Positions 7,868 through 16,202 of a stretch of 32,000 bases of DNA are shown in pieces (within the stretch, counting starts at the first letter, position 1; each line of letters opens with the position of its first letter). Location of the stretch: assembly GCA_041662745.1 (NCBI GenBank), contig JBAZRV010000008.1, forward strand, positions 1 to 32,000, in the 5' to 3' direction. Below the pieces are notes generated by a model, which saw nothing but the letters and a program-made list of their open reading frames with translations, did no database searches and was not told the DNA's origin. The position numbers and the translations under genes were made by a program. The DNA is from Patescibacteria group bacterium. GTDB taxonomy: Bacteria; Patescibacteriota; Patescibacteriia; 2-01-FULL-39-33.

Positions 7868-8950
7868 CTATTTTAGAACGGCCGCAACTGTCAGATCTTG
7901 GCCGCCGCGGGACAAAACAATCTCTATCTTATCGCCCATCTTAAAATTATTAATCGCATCGGCTAAACCCTGATAAACATTAAGTTCAAAATCGTTTATT
8001 TTTTTAATAATATCGCCCTTCTTAACTAAGCCGAAGGCCGCACTCCCGCGTACCGGCTCGGCAATGACATAAGCGCCTTTATCACCCCAATCAGCCAAAC
8101 CGTCAGCCTGAGCCAAATCAATGTAATCCACTCCCAGGGCCGCTCGAACAATTTTCTTGTTATTCAATAATCCGGCAATCAACTGGGAAAAATAATCAAC
8201 GGGAATGGCTGAGCCATTATCAATTACGCCGATTACCTCTCCCTTAAAATTAACCAGCAGACCGCCGTTATAGCTATCGGCTAAAACCCGATCCAGATAA
8301 ATTCTTTTTTGCGGATAATCCGAGTTAAGCTTCAAATCGCTGGCGGTGGAAAAAATATAGCCGATCTTGGTTATATGATTCACTTCCAAGCGGTTATGTC
8401 CGGAAACAATCACGACCGTCTGGCCCAGTGATAAACTGCTGGATTTGCCGATTTTAGCAACTGGCAAATTATTAGCCGGCATTTTGCCAAAAACCATCCC
8501 AGTAGCCTGATCATCAATAAAGTCAGACAGCGCATATTGCTTATTCTGATAACCCACAGCCGCATAAGTCCCCTTGAGGTTGCCAATAACGGCGCGAGAA
8601 CTGACTACCCAACCGTCGGCAGTCAAAACAAAACCGTGACCCAAAGCTTCGCTGGCGGTGAAAGCGGCGCTCAGGGGCTCGGTTGATTTTTTGCTATGGT
8701 AAATATTGACGATAGCGGGCAAGAGGTCGTTTTCTATCTGTTTCATTTGCGTATCCTGCTCAATCACCACGCTGCGCGGTTGCTGAATGACGATTCTATC
8801 AGTTAAGGCCGCCGAAGAAAAATTCAGTTGATTAAGAATCGGGATTTGCAACGAGGAGGAGCTGATAATGACAAAACCCAAGAAACCGGACAACAAGCCG
8901 AAACAGATTGATAAAATGATGACCAAAAATGTCTGTGATGGTTTAAACAT
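7868..8950 (-). CDS. HtrA/DegP-like trypsin-fold + PDZ protein with an N-terminal TM anchor; catalytic triad apparently substituted
   Basis: GHGFVLTADGWVVSSRAVI, DSYNGGLLVNFKGEVIGVI and a C-terminal PDZ-like segment (GAYVIAEPVRGSAAFGLVKKGDIIKKIND) are collinear with HtrA. The expected H, D and S positions read A120, T150 and N228. Confidence 0.8.
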   Translation of the reverse strand: MFKPSQTFLVIILSICFGLLSGFLGFVIISSSSLQIPILNQLNFSSAALTDRIVIQQPRSVVIEQDTQMKQIENDLLPAIVNIYHSKKSTEPLSAAFTASEALGHGFVLTADGWVVSSRAVIGNLKGTYAAVGYQNKQYALSDFIDDQATGMVFGKMPANNLPVAKIGKSSSLSLGQTVVIVSGHNRLEVNHITKIGYIFSTASDLKLNSDYPQKRIYLDRVLADSYNGGLLVNFKGEVIGVIDNGSAIPVDYFSQLIAGLLNNKKIVRAALGVDYIDLAQADGLADWGDKGAYVIAEPVRGSAAFGLVKKGDIIKKINDFELNVYQGLADAINNFKMGDKIEIVLSRGGQDLTVAAVLK

Positions 8951-8963
8951 AAAAAATATTATT

Positions 8964-9737
8964 TTAAAGCCAGATAGCGGTGATAAGAGTTAAAACGACC
9001 ACCAAGGAGAAAATAAAGATTGCCCTTAAACCAGAGCCGCCTTTATTGCCTTTTGTTAAGCGGGCTGGGGATGATAAAGACAGAGACAGCATTAAATAAT
9101 AGGTGGCGGACAACAAGATGGCTAACACATAAAAACTAACCGGCCAAAACAACAACAAAAACAGCAATTCCGTTAATACTATAGCCTGTATTAAAGCATA
9201 AATCAAGGCGTTACGCCGGCCGGATAAATATTTAAGGTAAAGCCAATAATAAAGGACAAAATAAACCAAGCTCAAAATCGGGACAATCACCACCGCCGGC
9301 CAATTCAAAAAAATAGAAAAATTAACCAGAGCGGCCGTCAAGAAAAAAATTATCAGAATATCAAAGTATGAATGTAAATTATTCAAATTGGCCACGCTAA
9401 CCTTGGCGGTTTCATAAAAATCATGGAACACCACCTCCAGATAAAGCCAGAATAAAAAAGCCCAGGAGAGCAGGAACAGGTTAAGAACATAAAAACTTTC
9501 CAAAATCAATAAAAAAACAAAACCGGCAATAACGAAAATCAAACTGTAAAGATAGGCAAAAGTAACCGATTTGGTCTTGTGGTTAGATTTAATTAAAAAA
9601 AAATAAATACTGGGAACTGCTAAGATGACAATAAAAAACCACGACCAATAACCGGGCCAATAAAAAAGCGCTTGGCAAAGAAGAAAAAAGGCTACCGCCG
9701 CCAGATAAGGAAAAATTCGTAAAAGAAGCAAGATCAT
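8964..9737 (-). CDS. Polytopic integral membrane protein, unknown function, 257 aa
   Basis: Long ORF with about 8 hydrophobic segments, very rich in F/L/Y. Contains an A9 run (9595..9603) that does not break the frame. Confidence 0.7.
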   Translation of the reverse strand: MILLLLRIFPYLAAVAFFLLCQALFYWPGYWSWFFIVILAVPSIYFFLIKSNHKTKSVTFAYLYSLIFVIAGFVFLLILESFYVLNLFLLSWAFLFWLYLEVVFHDFYETAKVSVANLNNLHSYFDILIIFFLTAALVNFSIFLNWPAVVIVPILSLVYFVLYYWLYLKYLSGRRNALIYALIQAIVLTELLFLLLFWPVSFYVLAILLSATYYLMLSLSLSSPARLTKGNKGGSGLRAIFIFSLVVVLTLITAIWL

Positions 9738-9742
9738 AATCC

Positions 9743-10204
9743 TTATTTCTGATTGATTATGCTTTTCAATTCTGCCAGCTTCTTGCTAACCGCCGCTTGC
9801 TGGCCGGAAACTGACAACTCGCCAATTTCGCCTAAAGTCAGAATGACGGCCAGATGCTTAGCTTTATCATTGGGCGGGACCTTGAGCGCCAACAATTTAT
9901 CTTGAGCGGAGCGAGCCAAAACCGCCAAGTCATCACTGACCGCCACTTGATTCAAAAACTCACCGGTAATAGCGCTAAAATTATCGGCATAATCGGCGTC
10001 TAATTTAATCAGGTCAACCGGCTGGCTGGGTTGATCCAAATTAGCCGTTACCTGTTTGATCTGGCCGGGTGGAAGTCCGATACTGTTAACGGCCCCATAA
10101 AATTTATAAACCAAGAACGCCGAACCGCATAAAACAACCAACCCAATCAAAAAACCGATCAGTATTTGCTGATTTAATTCCAACTTCAAACTGTTTTTGA
10201 TCAT
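9743..10204 (-). CDS. Hypothetical protein with an N-terminal TM anchor, 153 aa
   Basis: ORF with the TM segment ILIGFLIGLVVLCGSAFLVY. Tight spacing to both neighbours. Confidence 0.65.
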   Translation of the reverse strand: MIKNSLKLELNQQILIGFLIGLVVLCGSAFLVYKFYGAVNSIGLPPGQIKQVTANLDQPSQPVDLIKLDADYADNFSAITGEFLNQVAVSDDLAVLARSAQDKLLALKVPPNDKAKHLAVILTLGEIGELSVSGQQAAVSKKLAELKSIINQK

Positions 10205-10219
10205 ATAACTGAATTTTAA

Positions 10220-10576
10220 TTAGATGGCGCTGAATAAGGCTAAACCGATAAAGATAACGGCGAAGATAACAAACATCGTAGCGACCGTAGAAATAAACGC
10301 GGTTAGGGATTCCTTGTAGCGTTTATCTAAAAAATAACGCACCGGCCAAATAAAAACGATTACGCCGGACACGGCGACTGACAAAACCAATAAGGCAAGA
10401 AAAGCCACAATACCAAAAACCGCTGTCCAGGGCCGGGGCGTGGCAAAAAATGTCTGCGTGCCGACTATGAATATCGCCACTAAAGCGATGTAGCACACTT
10501 CCATAATGCCAGCCACCAAGCCTTGGCCGGCCGGAGTGGAAAAACGATCGCGCTTGAAAGGATTGAGTTTGAGCAT
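10220..10576 (-). CDS. Small integral membrane protein (3-4 TM), 118 aa
   Basis: ORF with several hydrophobic helices. Same strand and operon spacing as its neighbours. Confidence 0.65.
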   Translation of the reverse strand: MLKLNPFKRDRFSTPAGQGLVAGIMEVCYIALVAIFIVGTQTFFATPRPWTAVFGIVAFLALLVLSVAVSGVIVFIWPVRYFLDKRYKESLTAFISTVATMFVIFAVIFIGLALFSAI

Positions 10577-10623
10577 ATGATTAAAAATTAATTATTGATT
10601 ATTGGCCGATGGTTTTGATTCTG

Positions 10624-10974
10624 CTACAAAGAAAAATTATCCTTAAGATTTATTTCTATCCAATCAACCAAGGCGTCATCCCATTTATAGGCCTTAATCA
10701 GGTGGGTGAAATCGGTTTCCGAATAAACATATTCTACTTCATGATGGCTGCCGATACGCCGGCTGCCGTGAGTCTGCTTGTCCAATATTACCGGCCGGGT
10801 GATAAAATCTATCTTCATCCTGCCCAAAGGACCGGTAAAACACAGCGTTTCTTTTTCACCGACCTCCGGTTCAGGCAATTCCTCCGCGGTTATTTGAACG
10901 TCGGGAAAATTATCCTGAATCATGCCTTTGATTTGCTGCCATTTTTGCGGGGTCATATAATTATATCTTACCAT
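10624..10974 (-). CDS. Hypothetical soluble protein, 116 aa
   Basis: ORF on the coding strand, preferred over the antisense + ORF 10609..11064. It overlaps the queH stop by 14 nt. An alternative start at MTPQKW (10956) would remove the overlap. Confidence 0.6.
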   Translation of the reverse strand: MVRYNYMTPQKWQQIKGMIQDNFPDVQITAEELPEPEVGEKETLCFTGPLGRMKIDFITRPVILDKQTHGSRRIGSHHEVEYVYSETDFTHLIKAYKWDDALVDWIEINLKDNFSL

Positions 10975-11509
10975 TTTTTAGGCTGTATTCGCAACCGCAA
11001 TATTTCTGACGATAAAATCCTTGATCTTTGGCGAATGAGAGGGCGGCGGCATAACCGGGATTAGCTTTAAAATCAAGATCTAAATATTCCAAGCCGTATT
11101 TGCGGGCCAATGCTTTACCCAGCTGGCGAATGATTTTGTCATCTTTATGCGGCGAGATGCTAAGCGAGGTAACAAAGCAATTGAATCCATGGTCAGCCGC
11201 ATAATCGGCGGCGTTATTAAGACGCAAGTTATAACAGATTCGGCAACGTTTGCCCCGTTCCGGTTCCCGCTCCAAACTCCGAATTGATCTTAGCCAGCGA
11301 TCATGATCCCGATCAACTGAAATGAAGTCAACGCCTTGGCCGGTAAAATATTTCCCGGCTTCTTCGGCGCGTTTATGGAATTCCTCTTCCGGCCAAATAT
11401 TGGGGTTATCAAAATAAACAGTGAGATCGTATTTTTCGATCAATTGTTGCGACAAAAGGCCGCTGCAAGGCGCGCAGCAGACATGAAATAATAGTTTTTC
11501 CTTGATCAT
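10961..11509 (-). CDS. queH: Epoxyqueuosine reductase QueH (DUF208 family)
   Basis: N-terminal LLFHVCCAPCS and C-terminal YRQKYCGCEYS cysteine motifs, with a length (182 aa) typical of QueH. Confidence 0.85.
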   Translation of the reverse strand: MIKEKLLFHVCCAPCSGLLSQQLIEKYDLTVYFDNPNIWPEEEFHKRAEEAGKYFTGQGVDFISVDRDHDRWLRSIRSLEREPERGKRCRICYNLRLNNAADYAADHGFNCFVTSLSISPHKDDKIIRQLGKALARKYGLEYLDLDFKANPGYAAALSFAKDQGFYRQKYCGCEYSLKNGKI

Positions 11510-11761
11510 TTAGGCCAGCTTAAAAACTTCATCGCCCTCTTTTACCGGCTGATCAACCTTAAAGCCGACGGCTTGGCCGACATTAGCCATAGACACTTCT
11601 GCGCGATCAATCTGCAAAGAATTAACGGCCTGCTCAAACTCTCTGTCTCCCCCCTTGACTTTAATGGTATCGCCAACGGCCAGTTGACCGTCACTCAGTT
11701 CAATCACGCCGACCCCGATCTTGCCGAAGTAGTGAGTGATTTTACCGATTTTTTCTTCCAT
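11510..11761 (-). CDS. Small beta-barrel protein resembling EF-Tu domain 2 (translation-factor-like), 83 aa
   Basis: GKITHYFGKIGVGVIELSDGQLAVGDTIKVKG...VGFKVDQPVKEGDEVF has the pattern of translation-factor domain II barrels. Its stop abuts the queH start. Confidence 0.65.
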   Translation of the reverse strand: MEEKIGKITHYFGKIGVGVIELSDGQLAVGDTIKVKGGDREFEQAVNSLQIDRAEVSMANVGQAVGFKVDQPVKEGDEVFKLA

Positions 11762-11765
11762 ATGT

Positions 11766-12206
11766 TTAATTTTTTAATGTTTTGATCAAATTATCAGCTT
11801 CCGCCAGAATTTCTTTCGGCTGTTTAAAACGCACTAATTTCTGGGCGGTCGTCAGATCAAACCAACCATAACCGTTATGTTCGTGGGAAATTTTCGGTTC
11901 GGTGCCGGGCGGAACTTCAGCCAAATAAATCACAAAATCCTTTTTAATCAGGTCGTTTCCCCCATGATGCGTTTCCCGAAACATAAACTCCGTCTGTTCT
12001 CTAAAACCGTCAATTACTTTAATATCTTTTAAGCCGGCTTCTTCGTACAGTTCGCGCAAACCGGTTTCTAACTCGCTCTCTCCTTCCTCCATTTTGCCTT
12101 TAGGAAAATTCCAATAACTGCCCCGGTGATACAATACCAAATATTGCAAGCCTTCTTTAGGATGGCGGCGAAAAATAATAAAACCGACTGATTTTTGTCT
12201 GATCAT
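11766..12206 (-). CDS. Nudix hydrolase
   Basis: Complete Nudix box GKMEEGESELETGLRELYEEAGL (Gx5Ex7REUxEExGU). Confidence 0.88.
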   Translation of the reverse strand: MIRQKSVGFIIFRRHPKEGLQYLVLYHRGSYWNFPKGKMEEGESELETGLRELYEEAGLKDIKVIDGFREQTEFMFRETHHGGNDLIKKDFVIYLAEVPPGTEPKISHEHNGYGWFDLTTAQKLVRFKQPKEILAEADNLIKTLKN

Positions 12207-12214
12207 ATTGGTAA

Positions 12215-13465
12215 TTATTTCAGATATTTCTTTCCTTTTAATTTTTCCGGCAGATATTCCTGCTCTTCTTGATAAGCAAAATCAGGCGAATACTTGTAAT
12301 CTTTGCCATAACCCAACTCCCTCATCAGTTTAGTCGGGGCATTGCGCAAATGGATCGGTACTGGCTCATCAGCCGTCTCCTTAACATCAAGCTGGACTTT
12401 AAGGTAAGCCTCGTAAAGGTCGTTTGATTTTTTACATTTAGCCAGATAAACAGCCACTTGAGCCAGAATCACATTACATTCAGGCATACCTAAATAATGG
12501 CAGGCCGTATAGCCGGCGACGGCTTGTTCTAATGCCCGTGAATTGGCCAGGCCGACATCTTCGCTGGCAAACCGTATCAAACGCCGGGCGATATACAAAG
12601 GATCTTCTCCCGCCTCCAGCATCCGGGCCAGCCAATACAGCGCGGCATCGGCATCCGAACCGCGCAAGGATTTATGCAAGGCGGAAATAATATTATAATG
12701 CTGCTCGCCGGACTTATCGTATAAATGGGCATTACGCTGTAAAGAATCCTTGATTTTATTTTTATCCAACTTAATTATACCAGATTTACCGGGTTTGGTC
12801 GCTGTTACTGCTAATTCCAAAACATTCAAAGCGGTACGAGCATCGCCATTAGCTAATAAGGATAAGTATTCTAAAACTTCATCGCCGTAAGCTATCTTAT
12901 AATTTCCCAATCCCCGGTCCTTATCCGCCAAAGCTTTGAGGATTATCGCTTTAATATCAGCTGGCGCCAATTGTTCCAAAATAAAAACTCGCGAACGCGA
13001 TAATAAAGCTGAATTAATCTCAAAAGACGGATTTTCCGTAGTGGCGCCGATCAAAATAACGATGCCGCTTTCCACATGCGGCAATAAAGCATCCTGCTGG
13101 GATTTATTCCAACGATGAATTTCGTCAATAAACAAAATAGTCCGCTGCCCGGAAAATTTCAACCGTTCTTGCGCTTCTCCGATTATTTTTTTTAATTCTT
13201 TGACGCCGCAACTGACAGCGGAAAAGGAGACGAAAAACGAACCGCTCATGCCAGCGACGATCTTCGCTAAAGTAGTTTTGCCTGTGCCTGGCGGACCCCA
13301 AAAAACCAAAGAGGGCAGTTGGTCGCTTTCCATCAGCCGGCGAAGCAGTTTACCCTTGCCCACCAAATCATTCTGACCCACAAATTCCTCCAAATTACGC
13401 GGGCGGAGGCGATCGGCTAAAGGCGCATTAGCGCTGAGTTTTGAATCAAATAAATCCATAGCCAT
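12215..13465 (-). CDS. rarA: Replication-associated recombination protein A (AAA+ ATPase of the MgsA/RarA family)
   Basis: LRPRNLEEFVGQ, Walker A GPPGTGKTTLA, Walker B ILFIDEIHRWNKSQQD, and HYNIISALHKSLRGSDADAALYWLARML are collinear with RarA. Confidence 0.92.
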   Translation of the reverse strand: MAMDLFDSKLSANAPLADRLRPRNLEEFVGQNDLVGKGKLLRRLMESDQLPSLVFWGPPGTGKTTLAKIVAGMSGSFFVSFSAVSCGVKELKKIIGEAQERLKFSGQRTILFIDEIHRWNKSQQDALLPHVESGIVILIGATTENPSFEINSALLSRSRVFILEQLAPADIKAIILKALADKDRGLGNYKIAYGDEVLEYLSLLANGDARTALNVLELAVTATKPGKSGIIKLDKNKIKDSLQRNAHLYDKSGEQHYNIISALHKSLRGSDADAALYWLARMLEAGEDPLYIARRLIRFASEDVGLANSRALEQAVAGYTACHYLGMPECNVILAQVAVYLAKCKKSNDLYEAYLKVQLDVKETADEPVPIHLRNAPTKLMRELGYGKDYKYSPDFAYQEEQEYLPEKLKGKKYLK

Positions 13466-13564
13466 ATCTTAGCTGACTTTCCAAACGATTACAAACCCCT
13501 GATCATTTAATGAGCAATTTTGTGTTCAATGACGCAACTCAGCCTTGGCGCCGGAAAAATTAAC

Positions 13565-13586
13565 AAAAAAAAGGGGCGATCCCTTT
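13565..13586 (-). terminator. Rho-independent terminator closing the signalling/giant-protein operon
   Basis: Minus strand: AAAGGG-atcgc-CCCTTT (13581-13586 pairs with 13570-13575), followed directly by a T run (A run 13565-13569 on the + strand). It lies 24 nt after the histidine kinase stop and is the only sizeable intergenic gap in about 18 kb. Confidence 0.7.
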
Positions 13587-13609
13587 GTTGCAGATCTTTC
13601 ATTAATCGA

Positions 13610-15985
13610 TTAAGCCGGACTTAATTCCTTAGTGCCCACTTTTTTCTTCATGCCTTTAAGGGGTAAAGAAATATAAAAAGTTGAACCCTTATTTTCTTTG
13701 GATGTAAACCATACTTTGCCGCCCGCTTTTTCCACTATAGACTTGACCATATACAACCCCAAACCGGTGCCATCGGTTTCTTTATTCCTGACATTATCCG
13801 CCCGAAAAAGCTTGGTGAAAATTTTGACTTTAGCGTTCTCCGGTATGCCATAGCCATTATCAGCAATACTAATCAAGATATTTTCTCCTTGCTTGGATAA
13901 AATAACGCTCACCTTGCCCTTGGCCGGCGTATATTTGATTGCATTAGTCAGTAAATTTTGGATCAAAATCCTAACTAAATTGGGATCGGCCTTGACTAAG
14001 GGCAGATCTTTGCTGTAATGTTCTGCCAGTTTAATTTTCTTTTTGACGATTTGAGGCTTCAGCTCTCCAATAATGCTGCGGGAAATCTTTTTGAAATCAA
14101 TCAGTTTCGGTTCAATAGCAAAAGTTCCAAGATCAATCCGTGAAACATTGAGGAAGGCGTTAACCAACGCCACCATTCGCTTATTACTGTTGCGCACCTC
14201 GGTTAAGTAACTCTTCTGATCCTTATTAAGCTTGCCGGCAGCGCCTTTCAATAAGATTTCCGTGTACCAATTGACTGCCGCTAAGGGTGTACGCAACTGA
14301 TGTGATGCCAAAGAAACGAACTCAGTCTTCGCCTGATCTATTTGTTTTTCCTTAGTAATATCAATCTGAACGGCGGAAGCGCCTATAATCCGCCCTTGAG
14401 AATCTTTGACTGGTGAAACAGACAATGAAATATCCACTAAACTTCCATCTTTCCTCTTCCTGACGGTCTGAAAATGCTCAATTTCTTTGCCTTCAGAGAT
14501 TTTCTTCAAAAAATCATCAATTTCTTGATAGCGATCGGGGGGCGCCGTTATCCTGATGTTTTTTCCAATCGCTTCTTTAGCCGTATAGCCATACAGATTT
14601 TCCGCTCCCTTATTCCAACTAGTGATCGTACCAGCCAGGGTTTTACCGATAATCGGCTGTTCAGCGCCACGAACAATCGCCGCTAAATCTTCAGCTCTGT
14701 TCTTTTCTTCTTCTACGTCTTCTAAAATATTCAAAATCGCTTTCTGCTGTTTGGCCATGACTTCGGCGCGGCGGGAAATTTCTTTGGTTTGTTGTTTGAC
14801 TTTTTTTTCTGTTTCTTGCTTGCTATTATTGACGGCTGATAACATTTGATTGAAAGCCTCGGTCATCGTCTGTAATTCATCGTAATGTTTCAATGGCTGC
14901 AAATAAGCCCCCCAATCGCCCCGGCTGATCTTCAGCGCCGCCTCATTTAATTTTTTGATAGGGCGCAATAGATTGCGTATAAACAAAACAGAAATAAAAA
15001 TAGCGGAACCGGCGGCCAAAACAACAAATAAAACCAACAATAAGGAGATATTCAAAGCTGGTCTGATATAGCGCGATGCATCCGCCTCAAAAATCATATA
15101 AAAATCAAATTTTCCTACTTTTATCACCCCCAAAAGCTCTCTCCGACCTTCCTGCCGATCATTAAAGTCAAATAACTTATAACCGGTAATGCCGGCTATG
15201 TCGGATTGCAAAAAATCATAAAACAACGGCTTAATAGCCTGATCTTGATAACACAGACAGTCGCTAATATTCTTTTGCTGTTCCGCGCTTAATACCCCCA
15301 AGCTTTTCAACTTCCTATCCTGGACCGAGGAGGCGATGATTACGCCGTTATCATCAACAATCATTAATTTATAACTGGCATCAAAATTAAACCAATTCAG
15401 ATCATTGACGACAGCATCGGAATTTATTTTTATAACCACCGCACCCAATATCTGACCTTGATTATCCTTAACCGGCACCGCATAATAAAAACCCAACTCA
15501 TGCGTGGTGACACCAAAATTGGCTACCATTTTCGCTTGGCCGTCAATGGCATTATGGAAATAATTACGGAAACGGTAATCATTGCCGAGTAAAGAAGGAT
15601 CGGTGGAAACAATGGCGACGCCATTCTTATCCAACAGATAAATAATGGAATATTCACCGCCGATATTGGCATCATTCAATCTTTCTACGACAGCCGGATC
15701 TTGGATGGCCGGCTGTTCACTGCTAAGAACATTAATTATCGCCGTGCTTTTGGATAAATAGTCAGCAGCAGCAATACTGTCGTCAAACAGCTGCTCAACC
15801 TGATGGCTGGAACTTTGAAGAGTGGCTGATAGGATATTTTTATTCTCATCGTAAAAAGAATTTTCTGCCAGCCAAAAAACACTCAGAGCGGCTAAAAAGC
15901 CAAAAATAATAATTACTAAAGCGATACTAAGAGTGGCCCTGCTAATCAGACTCCGATAAGGAATTTTTTTATTTGTTATCGCCAT
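13610..15985 (-). CDS. Sensor histidine kinase: TM, Cache-like periplasmic domain, TM, HAMP, coiled coil, PAS, HisKA, HATPase_c
   Basis: Two TM segments flank a sensor region of about 270 aa. HAMP (LLRPIKKLNEAALKISRGDW), PAS (SWNKGAENLYGYTAKEAIGKNI), H-box FVSLASHQLRTPL, N-box LLTNAIKYTP, G-boxes DNGYGIP and GTGLGLYMVKSIVE. Confidence 0.92.
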   Translation of the reverse strand: MAITNKKIPYRSLISRATLSIALVIIIFGFLAALSVFWLAENSFYDENKNILSATLQSSSHQVEQLFDDSIAAADYLSKSTAIINVLSSEQPAIQDPAVVERLNDANIGGEYSIIYLLDKNGVAIVSTDPSLLGNDYRFRNYFHNAIDGQAKMVANFGVTTHELGFYYAVPVKDNQGQILGAVVIKINSDAVVNDLNWFNFDASYKLMIVDDNGVIIASSVQDRKLKSLGVLSAEQQKNISDCLCYQDQAIKPLFYDFLQSDIAGITGYKLFDFNDRQEGRRELLGVIKVGKFDFYMIFEADASRYIRPALNISLLLVLFVVLAAGSAIFISVLFIRNLLRPIKKLNEAALKISRGDWGAYLQPLKHYDELQTMTEAFNQMLSAVNNSKQETEKKVKQQTKEISRRAEVMAKQQKAILNILEDVEEEKNRAEDLAAIVRGAEQPIIGKTLAGTITSWNKGAENLYGYTAKEAIGKNIRITAPPDRYQEIDDFLKKISEGKEIEHFQTVRKRKDGSLVDISLSVSPVKDSQGRIIGASAVQIDITKEKQIDQAKTEFVSLASHQLRTPLAAVNWYTEILLKGAAGKLNKDQKSYLTEVRNSNKRMVALVNAFLNVSRIDLGTFAIEPKLIDFKKISRSIIGELKPQIVKKKIKLAEHYSKDLPLVKADPNLVRILIQNLLTNAIKYTPAKGKVSVILSKQGENILISIADNGYGIPENAKVKIFTKLFRADNVRNKETDGTGLGLYMVKSIVEKAGGKVWFTSKENKGSTFYISLPLKGMKKKVGTKELSPA

Positions 15986-16001
15986 ACCGCCTCAATGTCA
16001 T

Positions 16002-16202
16002 TTAATTAATCAGCTGACTTAACTGTCCGGCAACAGACATATGCTCTATCTCCTGATCGCGAATAAGCAGTACGGCATCACGTTCAAAAGGATCAGCTAA
16101 GCTTTCCAAGAATTCATCATAGAGATTCAAAGCTTGCTTTTCCAGGGCATACAATTCAACAAAACTTTCAGCTAGCTCGGCTTTGCTTTTTTTTGTTTTC
16201 AT
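16002..16202 (-). CDS. 66-aa helical ORF overlapping the end of the PAS-PAS gene; possibly its displaced C-terminus
   Basis: MKTKKSKAELAESFVELYALEKQ...RDQEIEHMSVAGQLSQLIN. It overlaps the upstream ORF by 35 nt across a T8/A8 run (16187..16194). Its sequence resembles the last ~60 aa of the upstream ORF. Confidence 0.5.
   Translation of the reverse strand: MKTKKSKAELAESFVELYALEKQALNLYDEFLESLADPFERDAVLLIRDQEIEHMSVAGQLSQLIN

Noticed and set aside
10609-11064. 151-aa + strand ORF
   Set aside because: It is antisense to the 116-aa ORF and to the 3' end of queH (whose cysteine motifs are recognisable). It would be the only + strand gene in the window, so I treat it as a shadow ORF.
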